A DNA stretch of 64,000 bases from Candidatus Parcubacteria bacterium. GTDB taxonomy: Bacteria; Patescibacteriota; Patescibacteriia; UBA1558; GWA2-36-10. Location of the stretch: NCBI GenBank assembly GCA_018669975.1, contig JABHSK010000007.1, positions 390 to 64,389 on the forward strand, written 5' to 3'. The notes under the pieces were generated by a model. That model did not search any database and had not been told where the DNA came from. It saw only the letters and a program-made list of their open reading frames with translations. Numbering within the stretch: the stretch's first letter is position 1; the number at the start of each line of letters is the position of its first letter. Position numbers and translations under genes: made by a program. This document shows positions 9,020 through 17,977 of this stretch, piece after piece.

Positions 9020-9397
9020 CTAGGCTTCTTGCGATTCGGGTTTTAAGTTTCTACGGACAGTCAGTAGGATAGCGATGGAGATGAGAATGCTCGTTATGAC
9101 AAACAAAACTCCAACGATGTCTCCGCTGAGGTTGAAGTAGTGCTCCAGGAAGTGTCCCTGGTATACTTCTTCATTTCCCAAAGCGCGTAGATGTTTTTCC
9201 AGTTGGGTAATAGGACAACCTTTAAAAATGCACTGAGCTATTGGTGTGACAATAATCCAGAGAAGTAAGAAGATATTGATAAAGATGGAGCGGTAGCCGT
9301 ATTTGATGGTAAATATAGCCCCTAGAAATGAGAGAGCTATCATCAAAGCGTGGCTAGCAGCTACTAGGTCAGCCAGGAGACTGTAAGGAATATCCAT
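9020..9397 (-). CDS. DUF2784-like small membrane protein (paralog 1)
   Basis: The motif CPITQLEKHLR is shared with 9659..10045. Confidence 0.45.
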   Translation of the reverse strand: MDIPYSLLADLVAASHALMIALSFLGAIFTIKYGYRSIFINIFLLLWIIVTPIAQCIFKGCPITQLEKHLRALGNEEVYQGHFLEHYFNLSGDIVGVLFVITSILISIAILLTVRRNLKPESQEA

Positions 9398-9675
9398 TAG
9401 TCACCTCCCATGGTAGAGTAGCGCATGAGAGCACCAACCAGTGTCCAGACAAAAAAGTATAGTTGCACACAGAGTGTGCCCCAGGCTTTTTGTCGCCAAC
9501 ATTCTATGGCAGCTCCAACTTGTCCGATCATCATGCAGGTGCAGAAGACCAAGTAGTGTTCGTCGCTGAGTTGACCAGCTTCTAGTTGGTGCCAAGCCCA
9601 AGCTATCATTTGGCAGGCGAGCATCAAATAGATGAACACCTGTCCCTGACTAGGGAGTTTAATTTCGCGTTCCAC
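9397..9675 (-). CDS. Small hypothetical membrane protein
   Basis: Hydrophobic ORF between two DUF2784-like paralogs. Confidence 0.35.
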   Translation of the reverse strand: MEREIKLPSQGQVFIYLMLACQMIAWAWHQLEAGQLSDEHYLVFCTCMMIGQVGAAIECWRQKAWGTLCVQLYFFVWTLVGALMRYSTMGGD

Positions 9676-10045
9676 TGGGCACCTCCTTTTTTTGGACTAG
9701 CTTGTAGATTATTCTCAGTGCCACCAGTATACTGATGGTCATTGATAGTCCTGTTACCAGGCTGGTACTCATACCAAAGTAGTGATAGAGAAAGCCCCCA
9801 TCATAGCCTGGGTGGCCAGATAACTTGATTAGGTGTTTTTCTAGTTGAGTCATCAGGCAGCCATCGATGGCGCGCCATTGGACAGGCACTAAAAATACAT
9901 AGGCGACACCGAGGGCAACACGAGATTTATGTTGTCTGAGAGGCTTGTTGTTCATAACAGGCCACAGAACCCAAATCATCAGGGCACCTAGTGATCCGTG
10001 TATAATAGCGATTAGATCGGCTAAAATGGCGTAAAAAGTAGCCAT
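9659..10045 (-). CDS. DUF2784-like small membrane protein (paralog 2)
   Basis: The motif CLMTQLEKHLIKL is present. It is preceded by promoter cassette copy B with the RBS aaggagg. Confidence 0.45.
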   Translation of the reverse strand: MATFYAILADLIAIIHGSLGALMIWVLWPVMNNKPLRQHKSRVALGVAYVFLVPVQWRAIDGCLMTQLEKHLIKLSGHPGYDGGFLYHYFGMSTSLVTGLSMTISILVALRIIYKLVQKKEVPSGTRN

Positions 10046-10153
10046 TGTTTTCCTCCTTGTTAAGGTTCGTAAACGTAAAAATACTTATAAATATAGCATA
10101 AAATAAGCATTTTGTCAATATGGGTTGATTTATAGATAAATAAAAAAACCACC
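10046..10153 (-). promoter_or_regulatory. Terminator-promoter-leader cassette, copy B (TTGACA-17-TATATT)
   Basis: The minus-strand sequence is ttgacaaaatgcttattttatgctatattt...aacaaggaggaaaacaATG. The hairpin ccaccct..agggtgg plus T-run is also the terminator for rplT. Confidence 0.55.
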
Positions 10154-10198
10154 CTTCGGTTAACGCCTAGGGTGGTTTTGAGTATTTTTAAATATAAC

Positions 10199-10543
10199 TT
10201 ATTTGAAGTCCGCAACAATTTTAGCAAAAGCTTTAGGATCATTTTCAGCAATTTGTGATAGTACCTTGCGATCTAATTCACAATTGTTTTTCTTCATAGC
10301 ATCGATAAAGGTAGAGTATTTCCAGTCTAATCCTCGAAGAGCAGCGTTTAACTTTGTCTGCCATAATCTGCGATTGACTCTTTTTTTCTTGCGTCTGTCA
10401 CGTAGAGAATGTTTACCAGCATGAAGAATAGCTTCTTTAGCTTGTTTGATCTTTTTCTTACGTCCCCAACCATAACCTTTTGTTTGTTTAAGGATGTTCT
10501 TTCTTCGTTTGACGTGTGTAGTACCTCTTTTTACTCTAGGCAT
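10199..10543 (-). CDS. rplT: 50S ribosomal protein L20
   Basis: MPRVKRGTTHVKRRKNILKQTKGY... is the classic L20 N-terminus. The order infC-rpmI-rplT also fits. Confidence 0.9.
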   Translation of the reverse strand: MPRVKRGTTHVKRRKNILKQTKGYGWGRKKKIKQAKEAILHAGKHSLRDRRKKKRVNRRLWQTKLNAALRGLDWKYSTFIDAMKKNNCELDRKVLSQIAENDPKAFAKIVADFK

Positions 10544-10562
10544 AATATTTCAAAAATTAAAA

Positions 10563-10757
10563 TTATAAATAAGGTAACAGTTTTTTGACTGTTTTGACAT
10601 TAGCGGTTGATATTTTTTTATCACGCTTTTTATTTCTCGTAACCTTGCCACTCTCTCTAGCATTAAAATGATTTTGTCCGCCACTGCGAATAACGATTTT
10701 TTTCTTTCCAGTCACCTTAATTCTTTTTCGGAGTGCTTTATTGGTCTTTAATTTCAT
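10563..10757 (-). CDS. rpmI: 50S ribosomal protein L35
   Basis: A 64-aa basic protein with the L35 pattern ...RIKVTGKKKIVIRSGG..H, in its usual operon position. Confidence 0.85.
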   Translation of the reverse strand: MKLKTNKALRKRIKVTGKKKIVIRSGGQNHFNARESGKVTRNKKRDKKISTANVKTVKKLLPYL

Positions 10758-10761
10758 ATCT

Positions 10762-11292
10762 TTAATTATTTTTACTGATGGTAACAGATAAGGTAGGTCC
10801 TTGTGCTTGGATGTCCTTGTCCATTTTGTATTCTATTCCTAATGATTCTAAAAATTGTTTAATTTTTTCTCTAGCCTTTGGTTTAAAAGCGCGTTCTCTA
10901 CCTTTGAGTCTCAATTCTACTTTAACATTGTGTCCTTGATCCAAAAATTTAGTAACTTGTTTTTTCTTGACTAGTAGATCGTGCTCACCAATTTTAAACG
11001 ACAGACGTACACCCTTGGTCTCAACTTTCTTAGCTTTTTGTTGAGTTCTATTTTGTTTATACTGAAATTTACCGTAGTCCATGATTCTACAGACAGGAGG
11101 CTTAGCAACAGGGGATACTTCGACAAGATCAAAGCCACGCTCTTGAGCCATGGTTAATGCTTGCGAGGTCTCCAAAACACCCAACTGTTCACCTTTTTCA
11201 TCTATGACCATTACTTCTGGTACACGGATCCAGTTGTTGATTCGGAATCGTTTAGTTTGAATTTTCGCTTTATTGCGTCTTTTGGTTCTAAT
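10762..11292 (-). CDS. infC: Translation initiation factor IF-3, probably starting at a non-ATG (ATT) codon
   Basis: The IF-3 N- and C-domains are present (VIDEKGEQLGVLETSQAL...). The open frame upstream encodes TKRRNKAKIQTKRFRINNWIRVPEV with an in-frame ATT at 11290-11292. Confidence 0.75.
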   Translation of the reverse strand: MRTKRRNKAKIQTKRFRINNWIRVPEVMVIDEKGEQLGVLETSQALTMAQERGFDLVEVSPVAKPPVCRIMDYGKFQYKQNRTQQKAKKVETKGVRLSFKIGEHDLLVKKKQVTKFLDQGHNVKVELRLKGRERAFKPKAREKIKQFLESLGIEYKMDKDIQAQGPTLSVTISKNN

Positions 11293-11380
11293 AAGTTTAT
11301 TTTAATTTTTTAGTAGCCTTCTTGATCCTTTAGGGATTTTGAAAACATATTGATAAAACAATGATGATAAGTATAATTTT

Positions 11381-11764
11381 TGGTGGAGATGAGGGGTATC
11401 ACACCCCTGTCTATCATAAGTCCTAATATACATCTACAAGCTTAGTTAATTTTGTATTTAAACTATTGGCTAAAAAATCAACAAAAAACCAATAATCGAT
11501 TCAGTTTGGGGGTTCGGAATATTCATACTGAAGCTAAATATGTCCTAGCCTGATGAAATGACGTCCCTAATTAACCTCAGGCAAATTAGTTTAGAGACGG
11601 TCGAAGCAAATTTATGCTAAGACTGGTGAAAGTTGTGGGACTTGAAACAAGTCTTTAACTTTCGCAAATGTATTTTTTACACTTATTTTAGTCGATTTTT
11701 AATGAGATCGGGAACTCAACATGCAGTATATTATTTCAAATGACATCGAATAAAAAACATCCCC
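11381..11764 (-). ncRNA. ssrA: tmRNA (ssrA)
   Basis: The 5' end GGGGAUG pairs with the 3' end CAUCUCC-A-CCA, including a G3:U70 wobble. The T-arm is aggggtgtgataccccT. A plausible tag frame GCGAAAGUUAAA...GUCUUAGCAUAA encodes ...PVLA*. It lies immediately downstream of smpB. Confidence 0.7.
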
Positions 11765-11768
11765 ATAA

Positions 11769-12221
11769 TTAAAAACTCTGTATTTTACTTATGATTCTAC
11801 GTTTGATATCTCTTTTCTTGATGTCTTGTCGTTTGTCAAATTTCCTTTTTCCTTTAACCAAGGCTATTTTTACCTTAATTAGTCTGCGCGTAGTATACAC
11901 TGAAAGGGGGATCATTGTCAAGCCCTTTTCATTGGTTTTGCCTTGTAAATAGTGGATTTCCTTCTTGCTTAGGAGTAACTTACGATCCCGTTCTGGATTG
12001 TAGTCTTTAAGACTGGAAAAAGAAGCTTTTTGATACGGAGAAATATACATTTTCTTTATCCAGGCCTGATTATCCTTGATAGAAACAAAGGAACCCTTGA
12101 GGCTTAAATGGCTTTGTTTTACAGATTTGACCTCATGGCCAGTCAATACTAAACCAGCTACAAATTCTTCAACGATTTTGTACTCATAGCCTGCTCGTTT
12201 ATTTTTGGCCAAAATTGACAT
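11769..12221 (-). CDS. smpB: SsrA-binding protein SmpB
   Basis: ...GYEYKIVEEFVAGLVLTGHEVKS... is the SmpB signature. Confidence 0.85.
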   Translation of the reverse strand: MSILAKNKRAGYEYKIVEEFVAGLVLTGHEVKSVKQSHLSLKGSFVSIKDNQAWIKKMYISPYQKASFSSLKDYNPERDRKLLLSKKEIHYLQGKTNEKGLTMIPLSVYTTRRLIKVKIALVKGKRKFDKRQDIKKRDIKRRIISKIQSF

Positions 12222-12640
12222 GACACTTCTAAAATGATATAAAAATTTAATAGCTAATTTGCTATTCGCTTTAAAGATAGCACATTTTAGGGTTCTTTTA
12301 AAGATAAGTAGTCGTTTGGACTATGATAGAAATTAATAACATTATAACCCTGCTAATGATGGGGTTTTTACTTGACATAATGCATGTTTTATGTTTAGAT
12401 AAGACATCTTGAAGATAAAGATTGCTGGTGGTTTGTAAGCTATCTTGTCAGTGCTAAGTTTATTCACGCCCCTCCTTGTGTATAAATTTAGTTTTATAAA
12501 GGATATAGATCTTTATGATTTAAACCCTTTATACTGGCAAATAGCTTAAAGATCGTCAGTATTGCCTCAAATATTATTTTGGGGTTTTTATTTTGGGCAA
12601 TTTGTAATATAATAGAGTTATAAGTATTAATGATTATCCA

Positions 12641-12862
12641 ATGTTAGGATTAATTTTTGTGATCGTTGGAATTTTAATGTTACTGGAAAGAATGGATGTG
12701 ATCTCAGGTGGATTTTGGGAATATCTATGGCCAGTAGTATTAATAGTTTTTGGTTTTAGTCTCATAGACAAACACAAATCAAATTTATGTGGTTGTTTCG
12801 GTGGATCTAAACAACACGGGAAGAAAAAACATGAAGGCCGCAAGATCGTAGACGAGCAATAA
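12641..12862 (+). CDS. Small hypothetical membrane protein
   Basis: A 73-aa ORF with two hydrophobic segments. Confidence 0.3.
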   Translation: MLGLIFVIVGILMLLERMDVISGGFWEYLWPVVLIVFGFSLIDKHKSNLCGCFGGSKQHGKKKHEGRKIVDEQ

Positions 12863-13269
12863 TGTTTAATATAAAAGGGGAAAAGCAAAGTCAGGTGGAA
12901 ATTAAAAAGTCCAAGTTTTTAGGCTTTGTTTTTTGTGTAGATAGTATTGAAGCAGCTAAAAGTCATTTAGATAAACTAAAAAAAGACTATAAGGATGCAC
13001 GGCATGTGGTTTATGCTTATCGCCTAGAAGAGTCTGGTGTGCTACGAGAAAAATTTGACAACAACAAAGAGCCTGGAGGATCAGCTGGTCAGCCATTATT
13101 ATATCTACTTCAGAAAAAAGATATTATTAATTGTTTAATAGTAGTAGTGCGATATTTTGGGGGTACCAAATTAGGAGTGGGTGGATTAATGCGTGCTTAC
13201 ACAAAGGCTGGTCAGGGAACATTGCTAGATAATTTAAAAGAAAATGGAGGAGAGGAGCATAAAAATTGA
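12862..13269 (+). CDS. IMPACT/YigZ family protein (UPF0029 domain)
   Basis: HVVYAYRL...EPGGSAGQPLL...VVVRYFGGTKLGVGGLMRAY. The gene ends in a TGA stop. Confidence 0.7.
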   Translation: MFNIKGEKQSQVEIKKSKFLGFVFCVDSIEAAKSHLDKLKKDYKDARHVVYAYRLEESGVLREKFDNNKEPGGSAGQPLLYLLQKKDIINCLIVVVRYFGGTKLGVGGLMRAYTKAGQGTLLDNLKENGGEEHKN

Positions 13270-13801
13270 CGGACAAGAGTATAGTTATAAATTGCGTCGT
13301 AAAAAACGGGTCAAATATATTCGTTTGATGATTGAGAGTGACGGCTCTTTGGTGGTTAGTGCACCTAAGACTTACCCGGTTTTTTTGATTAAGCAGTTTA
13401 TTTCTAGTCGTTGGGATTGGGTGGTTGTTAATTTGGCCAAAATGAAGAGTAATCCTAGTATTTTGCATGTGCAGCATTCACCAAGTCAGATTAAGAAATA
13501 TAAAGAAATAACCAGAGAATTAACGCAGCGACGTTTAAAATATTTTAATCAGTACTATCAGTTGTCTTATCGGCGTATTTCTATCCGTAATCAGAAAACT
13601 AGATGGGGTAGCTGTTCATCAGATAATAATTTGAACTTTAATTATCGTTTGTGTCTGCTACCGTCAGAAATCGCTGATTATATTATTGTTCATGAGCTCT
13701 GTCATTTGGCAGAAATGAATCATTCTGTCAAATTTTGGCGGGTGGTTGAAAAGACAATTCCTGACTATAAATTTTTAGAAAAGAGATTAAAGAAAATTTA
13801 G
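13244..13801 (+). CDS. M48/YgjP-like (DUF45) metal-dependent hydrolase
   Basis: ...RWGSCSSDNNLNFNYRL...DYIIVHELCHLAEMNHSVKFW (HExxH). Confidence 0.7.
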   Translation: MEERSIKIDGQEYSYKLRRKKRVKYIRLMIESDGSLVVSAPKTYPVFLIKQFISSRWDWVVVNLAKMKSNPSILHVQHSPSQIKKYKEITRELTQRRLKYFNQYYQLSYRRISIRNQKTRWGSCSSDNNLNFNYRLCLLPSEIADYIIVHELCHLAEMNHSVKFWRVVEKTIPDYKFLEKRLKKI

Positions 13802-13932
13802 CTAACATTAGCTAAATTTTTTAGTTGATAAAAGGCAGGACTTTTGGTAAAATTAGTAAACAAGAATACGATAATATACCTTGTTTTTTTACGACATCGT
13901 AAAAAAATATTTAAAAATATAAGATCAATATT

Positions 13933-14451
13933 ATGGCAGAAAAAAAACATCAGCGCCCGTCATGGGACGAATATTTCATGGATATAGCTAGAGCTGTGGC
14001 TACTAGGGGTACTTGTGATCGGGGACGCAGTGGTTGTGTCATTGTTAAAGATAAGCAAATTTTAGTGACCGGTTATGTCGGTTCACCGGTTGGTTTGGCT
14101 CATTGTGATGATGTTGAACATTTGATGCATAAAGAAATCAATGATGATGAGAGTATTAGTAATCATTGCGTGAGAACTATTCATGCTGAGCAAAATGCGA
14201 TTGTGCAGGCTGCTAAACGTGGGATTGCTTTAGATGGGTCGGCAGTTTATTGTAAGATGACTCCTTGTCGAGTTTGTGCCATGATGATTATTAATTGTGG
14301 CATCGAGAGGGTGATTTGTGAAAAAAGATATCATGCCGGCGGATTGTCCGAGGAGATGTTCAAAGAGGCGGGTGTTAAAATGGAGTTTATTGACGAGAGC
14401 CTAGAGGAATATGAGGGTATGACTGAGCCAGCTCCAAATAAAAAGAAATAA
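13933..14451 (+). CDS. dCMP deaminase (ComEB-like cytidine/deoxycytidylate deaminase)
   Basis: HAEQNAI and PCRVCA zinc-binding motifs. Confidence 0.8.
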   Translation: MAEKKHQRPSWDEYFMDIARAVATRGTCDRGRSGCVIVKDKQILVTGYVGSPVGLAHCDDVEHLMHKEINDDESISNHCVRTIHAEQNAIVQAAKRGIALDGSAVYCKMTPCRVCAMMIINCGIERVICEKRYHAGGLSEEMFKEAGVKMEFIDESLEEYEGMTEPAPNKKK

Positions 14452-14453
14452 TT

Positions 14454-14999
14454 ATGGAAGATAAAATAATTTTAGGGTTTACAGGTCTGATGGCCTGCGG
14501 TAAAGGTACAGCGGCAAAATATTTGGCAGAAAAATATAATGCCGATACTTTTCGTTTTTCTACTATGTTGAGAGATGTTTTAGATCGTCTTTATTTACCT
14601 AAATCTAGAAAAAACTTTCAAATCATATCACCATTACTCAGGGAAACATTTGGTCAGGATTTGATGGCCAAGGTAATGGCTAAAGATGTGGAGAATGCTG
14701 ATAGTAGGATTATTGCTATAGATGGCATGAGGCGTCCAGCAGATATAGAATATTTAAAAAAAATGTCAGGCTTTAGAATGGTAGCCATAGATGTGGAGGC
14801 TAAAATACGTTATGAAAGATTAAAGGATAGAGCAGAAAATTCAGGTGATCAAGAAAAAACTTGGGAACAATTTCAGAAAGAGCACGAGGCAGAAACTGAA
14901 ATTTATATTCCAGAGTTAATGAAACAGGCCGACGTGACTGTTAATAACGACGGTACCCTGGAAGAGCTCTATAAACAATTAGATAAATTAATAACTTAG
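14454..14999 (+). CDS. P-loop nucleotide kinase, possibly a (deoxy)nucleoside monophosphate kinase
   Basis: Walker A motif GLMACGKGT. It sits inside a nucleotide-metabolism operon. Confidence 0.45.
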   Translation: MEDKIILGFTGLMACGKGTAAKYLAEKYNADTFRFSTMLRDVLDRLYLPKSRKNFQIISPLLRETFGQDLMAKVMAKDVENADSRIIAIDGMRRPADIEYLKKMSGFRMVAIDVEAKIRYERLKDRAENSGDQEKTWEQFQKEHEAETEIYIPELMKQADVTVNNDGTLEELYKQLDKLIT

Positions 15000-15006
15000 T
15001 ATATTT

Positions 15007-16359
15007 ATGTCTATTGAATCACTCAAGCATACAGTCAAAGAATTAAATGGCGGGGGCATGGTCATGATATTGGATACCGGTGCGGTTATTGGTCCAGAAT
15101 CACAGGCTATGATACAAGCACTTCATTCTCGTTCAACTGGTGGTGTTAAGCATCACTTAGAAATATTGGCTAAAAAAGGTGCAGAAAACTTTATGGCCAA
15201 TTTTTATGTTGGATATGGTCATAAGTCAATTGGTGATTGCGGTACCATTACTTTATTCATAGAAGGTATTTCTATGTTAGCTGCTAAGGCTATTCAGGAT
15301 TGGGCATTATATAGTGGGCAAGAGGCATCCACTCGTTATGTGGATTTTTCTAAACAAGCTTTTATTGATCCAGTCGGAAGTAAAGAATCAAATGAAATTT
15401 TAGAAAATTGGCGCCAGTTTTATTTAGATTCCAGAGCACCAGTAGAAGCGCATCTCAAAGAACAGTTTCCTATTCAAGAAGGGGAAACAGAAAAAATTTA
15501 TGATAAGGCTATTAGTGCCCGAGGTTTTGATATCTTACGTGGATTCTTACCAGCTGGTGCTTCCACTAATATTGCCTGGCATAGTAATATGAGGCAGGTG
15601 GCTGATAAACTGGCCTTGTTACGGCATCATCCGTTGGAAGAGGTTAAACATATTGCTGATAAAATACAGGAGGCTTTGTTGGAGTCTTATCCTAGCTCTT
15701 TTAGTCATGAAATATTTGAAACAACTGAAAATTATAATCATCAATGGATGAACGAGGATTACTATTTTACTCATGAAGCTTATCCAAAGACTAGTATATT
15801 ATATAATGGTATTGATACAGAGTTATTAAAAACTCATAAAAAAGTTTTGGAAGCCAGGCCATTCAAAACAGAAATTCCCAAATTTGTGGCTCAAACTGGA
15901 ATGGTTCAATTTGGCTTTATGTTAGATTTTGGTTCATTTCGTGATATTCAGAGGCATCGAGCCGTGACTCAACGTATGCCACTTTTAACTACCGAACATG
16001 GTTTGGAGCAATTCTATTTAGATTCACTGCCAGAGGATGTTAGGAAAAAGGCAGGAGAGATAGTTGCTTCACAAGAAGAAAAAATAAAAAAACTTAAGTT
16101 AGAGCCGGAAACTGCACAGTATTATACAGCTATGGGTTATAATTTACCGAATAGAATTGCAGGAGACTTACCAGCTTTGGTTTATTTGGTAGAGTTGCGT
16201 GCTACTAGATTTGTTCATCCAACTTTACAAAAACGAGCTATTGAAATGGCTAATATTTTGGAAAAAGAATTCGGTAGTTACGGTTTAAAACTTTATCTAG
16301 ATGAAGATCCTGGTCGTTTTGATGTTAAGCGTGGTGAGCATGATATTGTTATGAAATAA
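15007..16359 (+). CDS. ThyX-like (Thy1 family) protein with two tandem ThyX-like repeats
   Basis: The second half carries the RHR motif (FRDIQRHRAVTQ). The first half has a degenerate ThyX-like H.S..G..TF.IEG.S pattern. Neighbouring genes fit a thymidylate pathway. Confidence 0.45.
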   Translation: MSIESLKHTVKELNGGGMVMILDTGAVIGPESQAMIQALHSRSTGGVKHHLEILAKKGAENFMANFYVGYGHKSIGDCGTITLFIEGISMLAAKAIQDWALYSGQEASTRYVDFSKQAFIDPVGSKESNEILENWRQFYLDSRAPVEAHLKEQFPIQEGETEKIYDKAISARGFDILRGFLPAGASTNIAWHSNMRQVADKLALLRHHPLEEVKHIADKIQEALLESYPSSFSHEIFETTENYNHQWMNEDYYFTHEAYPKTSILYNGIDTELLKTHKKVLEARPFKTEIPKFVAQTGMVQFGFMLDFGSFRDIQRHRAVTQRMPLLTTEHGLEQFYLDSLPEDVRKKAGEIVASQEEKIKKLKLEPETAQYYTAMGYNLPNRIAGDLPALVYLVELRATRFVHPTLQKRAIEMANILEKEFGSYGLKLYLDEDPGRFDVKRGEHDIVMK

Positions 16360-16838
16360 TGACAGTTGGTATTATTGCGGTTATAGATAGAAATTTGGGC
16401 ATTGGCAAAGATGGAAAGATGTTGGCTGATTTACCACCAGATCTAAAGTATTTTAAAAAAATTACTTTGAATCACATGGTTATTATGGGCAGGAAGACTC
16501 ACCAGTCCATAGCTAAAATTTTATCAGATAGAACTAACATTGTTTTAAGTAAGAATTCAGAGTTTAAAGTAAAAGGTTGTCTAGTTTTGTCTTCAATTAA
16601 AGAAGCCATTGAATATGCTAAGCAGGCTAAGGAAACAGAAGTATTTATTATTGGCGGAGGAGATATTTATGATCAGGCTATAAAGTATGCCGATAAATTG
16701 TATCTGACTTTAGTAGATGCTGAGTGGTCAGCTGATACATTTTTTCCAAAGTATAAAGAATTTAAAAATTTGATTTCGGAATCAGAAGAGCAAGAGTATA
16801 AAGGTTTAAAATTTAAATATATTGAATTAAGTAAATAA
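16359..16838 (+). CDS. folA: Dihydrofolate reductase
   Basis: IIAV...LGIGKDGKM...LP.DLKYFKKIT...VIMGRKTHQSI. Confidence 0.8.
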   Translation: MTVGIIAVIDRNLGIGKDGKMLADLPPDLKYFKKITLNHMVIMGRKTHQSIAKILSDRTNIVLSKNSEFKVKGCLVLSSIKEAIEYAKQAKETEVFIIGGGDIYDQAIKYADKLYLTLVDAEWSADTFFPKYKEFKNLISESEEQEYKGLKFKYIELSK

Positions 16839-17261
16839 ATGGAAATAAAGACTAAAAAACTTCATCCAGATTCTCAGCTACCTCAGATGATGAGGGAAGG
16901 CGATGCCGCTATGGATTTTTATGCTTATAAAGATTATTTGATTGAGTCAGGAGTTAAGGTGGTGGTAGAAACTGGCGTGGCTATTGCTATACCGCGTGGT
17001 TATTGGGGCAATGTTCGTGATCGCAGTGGTTTGGCTGGTAAGCACAATATTCATACTATGGCCGGTGTCATGGATTCTAATTATCGTGGTGAAGTACAGA
17101 TAGTAATGATAAATTTAGGTAAAGAAGAATATCAGATAAAGAAGGGTGACCGTATTTGTCAGATGATAATATCTAGACATGAAGATTTGGAAGTCATGGA
17201 AGTAGATGAGTTAGATGAGACTAACCGTGGAGACAGCCGTTTTGCCTCCAGTGGTTATTAA
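16839..17261 (+). CDS. dut: dUTP diphosphatase
   Basis: ...GDAAMDF...RSGLAGKHNIH..GVMDSNYRGEVQIVMINLG...GDRICQMI. Confidence 0.85.
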   Translation: MEIKTKKLHPDSQLPQMMREGDAAMDFYAYKDYLIESGVKVVVETGVAIAIPRGYWGNVRDRSGLAGKHNIHTMAGVMDSNYRGEVQIVMINLGKEEYQIKKGDRICQMIISRHEDLEVMEVDELDETNRGDSRFASSGY

Positions 17262-17319
17262 TTTTATTAAGATCTTTTTTAAATAATGCAATCAACACAA
17301 GCAAAGAAAGGAGGAAGTC

Positions 17320-17919
17320 ATGCAGATTTTTCTTGATGGTGCTTTAGAGATGTACCGTGGTGGCTTCATTTATGTAATAACGGGTTCGATGTTTTCTGGT
17401 AAAACTGGTAAGTTGATAAGAAACTTACGTCGGGTGGAGATCCGCAACAAGTACGCAGAAGACAAAAAGAAAATTGTTTTGTTCAAACCTCAGAAGGACG
17501 ATCGTCATCAGACTAGCGAAGTGGTTTCTCACAACGATTACAAGTTTGAAGCAGTGGTGGTGCCAGATGTGGTAGCTATTGCAGCTTGGGTGGAGGAACA
17601 TCAACCAGATATCATCGCTATCGATGAAGTCCAATTTTTTGATGTGCTAGAGCTCTTAGCTTTGTTGATCAAGCTAGCCGATCAAGGCAAGGCAATTATT
17701 TTGACAGTTCTAGATCAAGATTTTGCCTGCCGGCCTTTTGATGGTGTTGCTGAGCTTTTTGCTGAAGCAGAAATCTTGGAAAAATTGCATCCTATTTGTG
17801 AGGGTTGTGGCAAACGTGCTTCACGTAGTTTTCGTTTGTCTGACTCAGACAAGGTTATCCAGGTGGGTGGTAAGGAAGCTTATATTCCTTTGTGCCGTGC
17901 TTGTCGCAATGAACACTAA
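17320..17919 (+). CDS. tdk: Thymidine kinase
   Basis: VITGSMFSGKT P-loop, IDEVQFFD, and C-terminal zinc ribbon CEGCG...CRACR. A strong RBS precedes the ATG. GC content is elevated. Confidence 0.85.
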   Translation: MQIFLDGALEMYRGGFIYVITGSMFSGKTGKLIRNLRRVEIRNKYAEDKKKIVLFKPQKDDRHQTSEVVSHNDYKFEAVVVPDVVAIAAWVEEHQPDIIAIDEVQFFDVLELLALLIKLADQGKAIILTVLDQDFACRPFDGVAELFAEAEILEKLHPICEGCGKRASRSFRLSDSDKVIQVGGKEAYIPLCRACRNEH

Positions 17920-17977
17920 TAATATTACCCCTTTGCTTGCAGAGGGGCTTTTTTTATCAAACAGATTGTGATATATT

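Noticed and set aside
13260-13270. Possible stop-codon reassignment (UGA-recoding CPR lineage)
   Set aside because: Genes terminate with TGA (for example YigZ at 13267-69), TAA and TAG at sensible positions, and RF1 is present. The standard genetic code fits.
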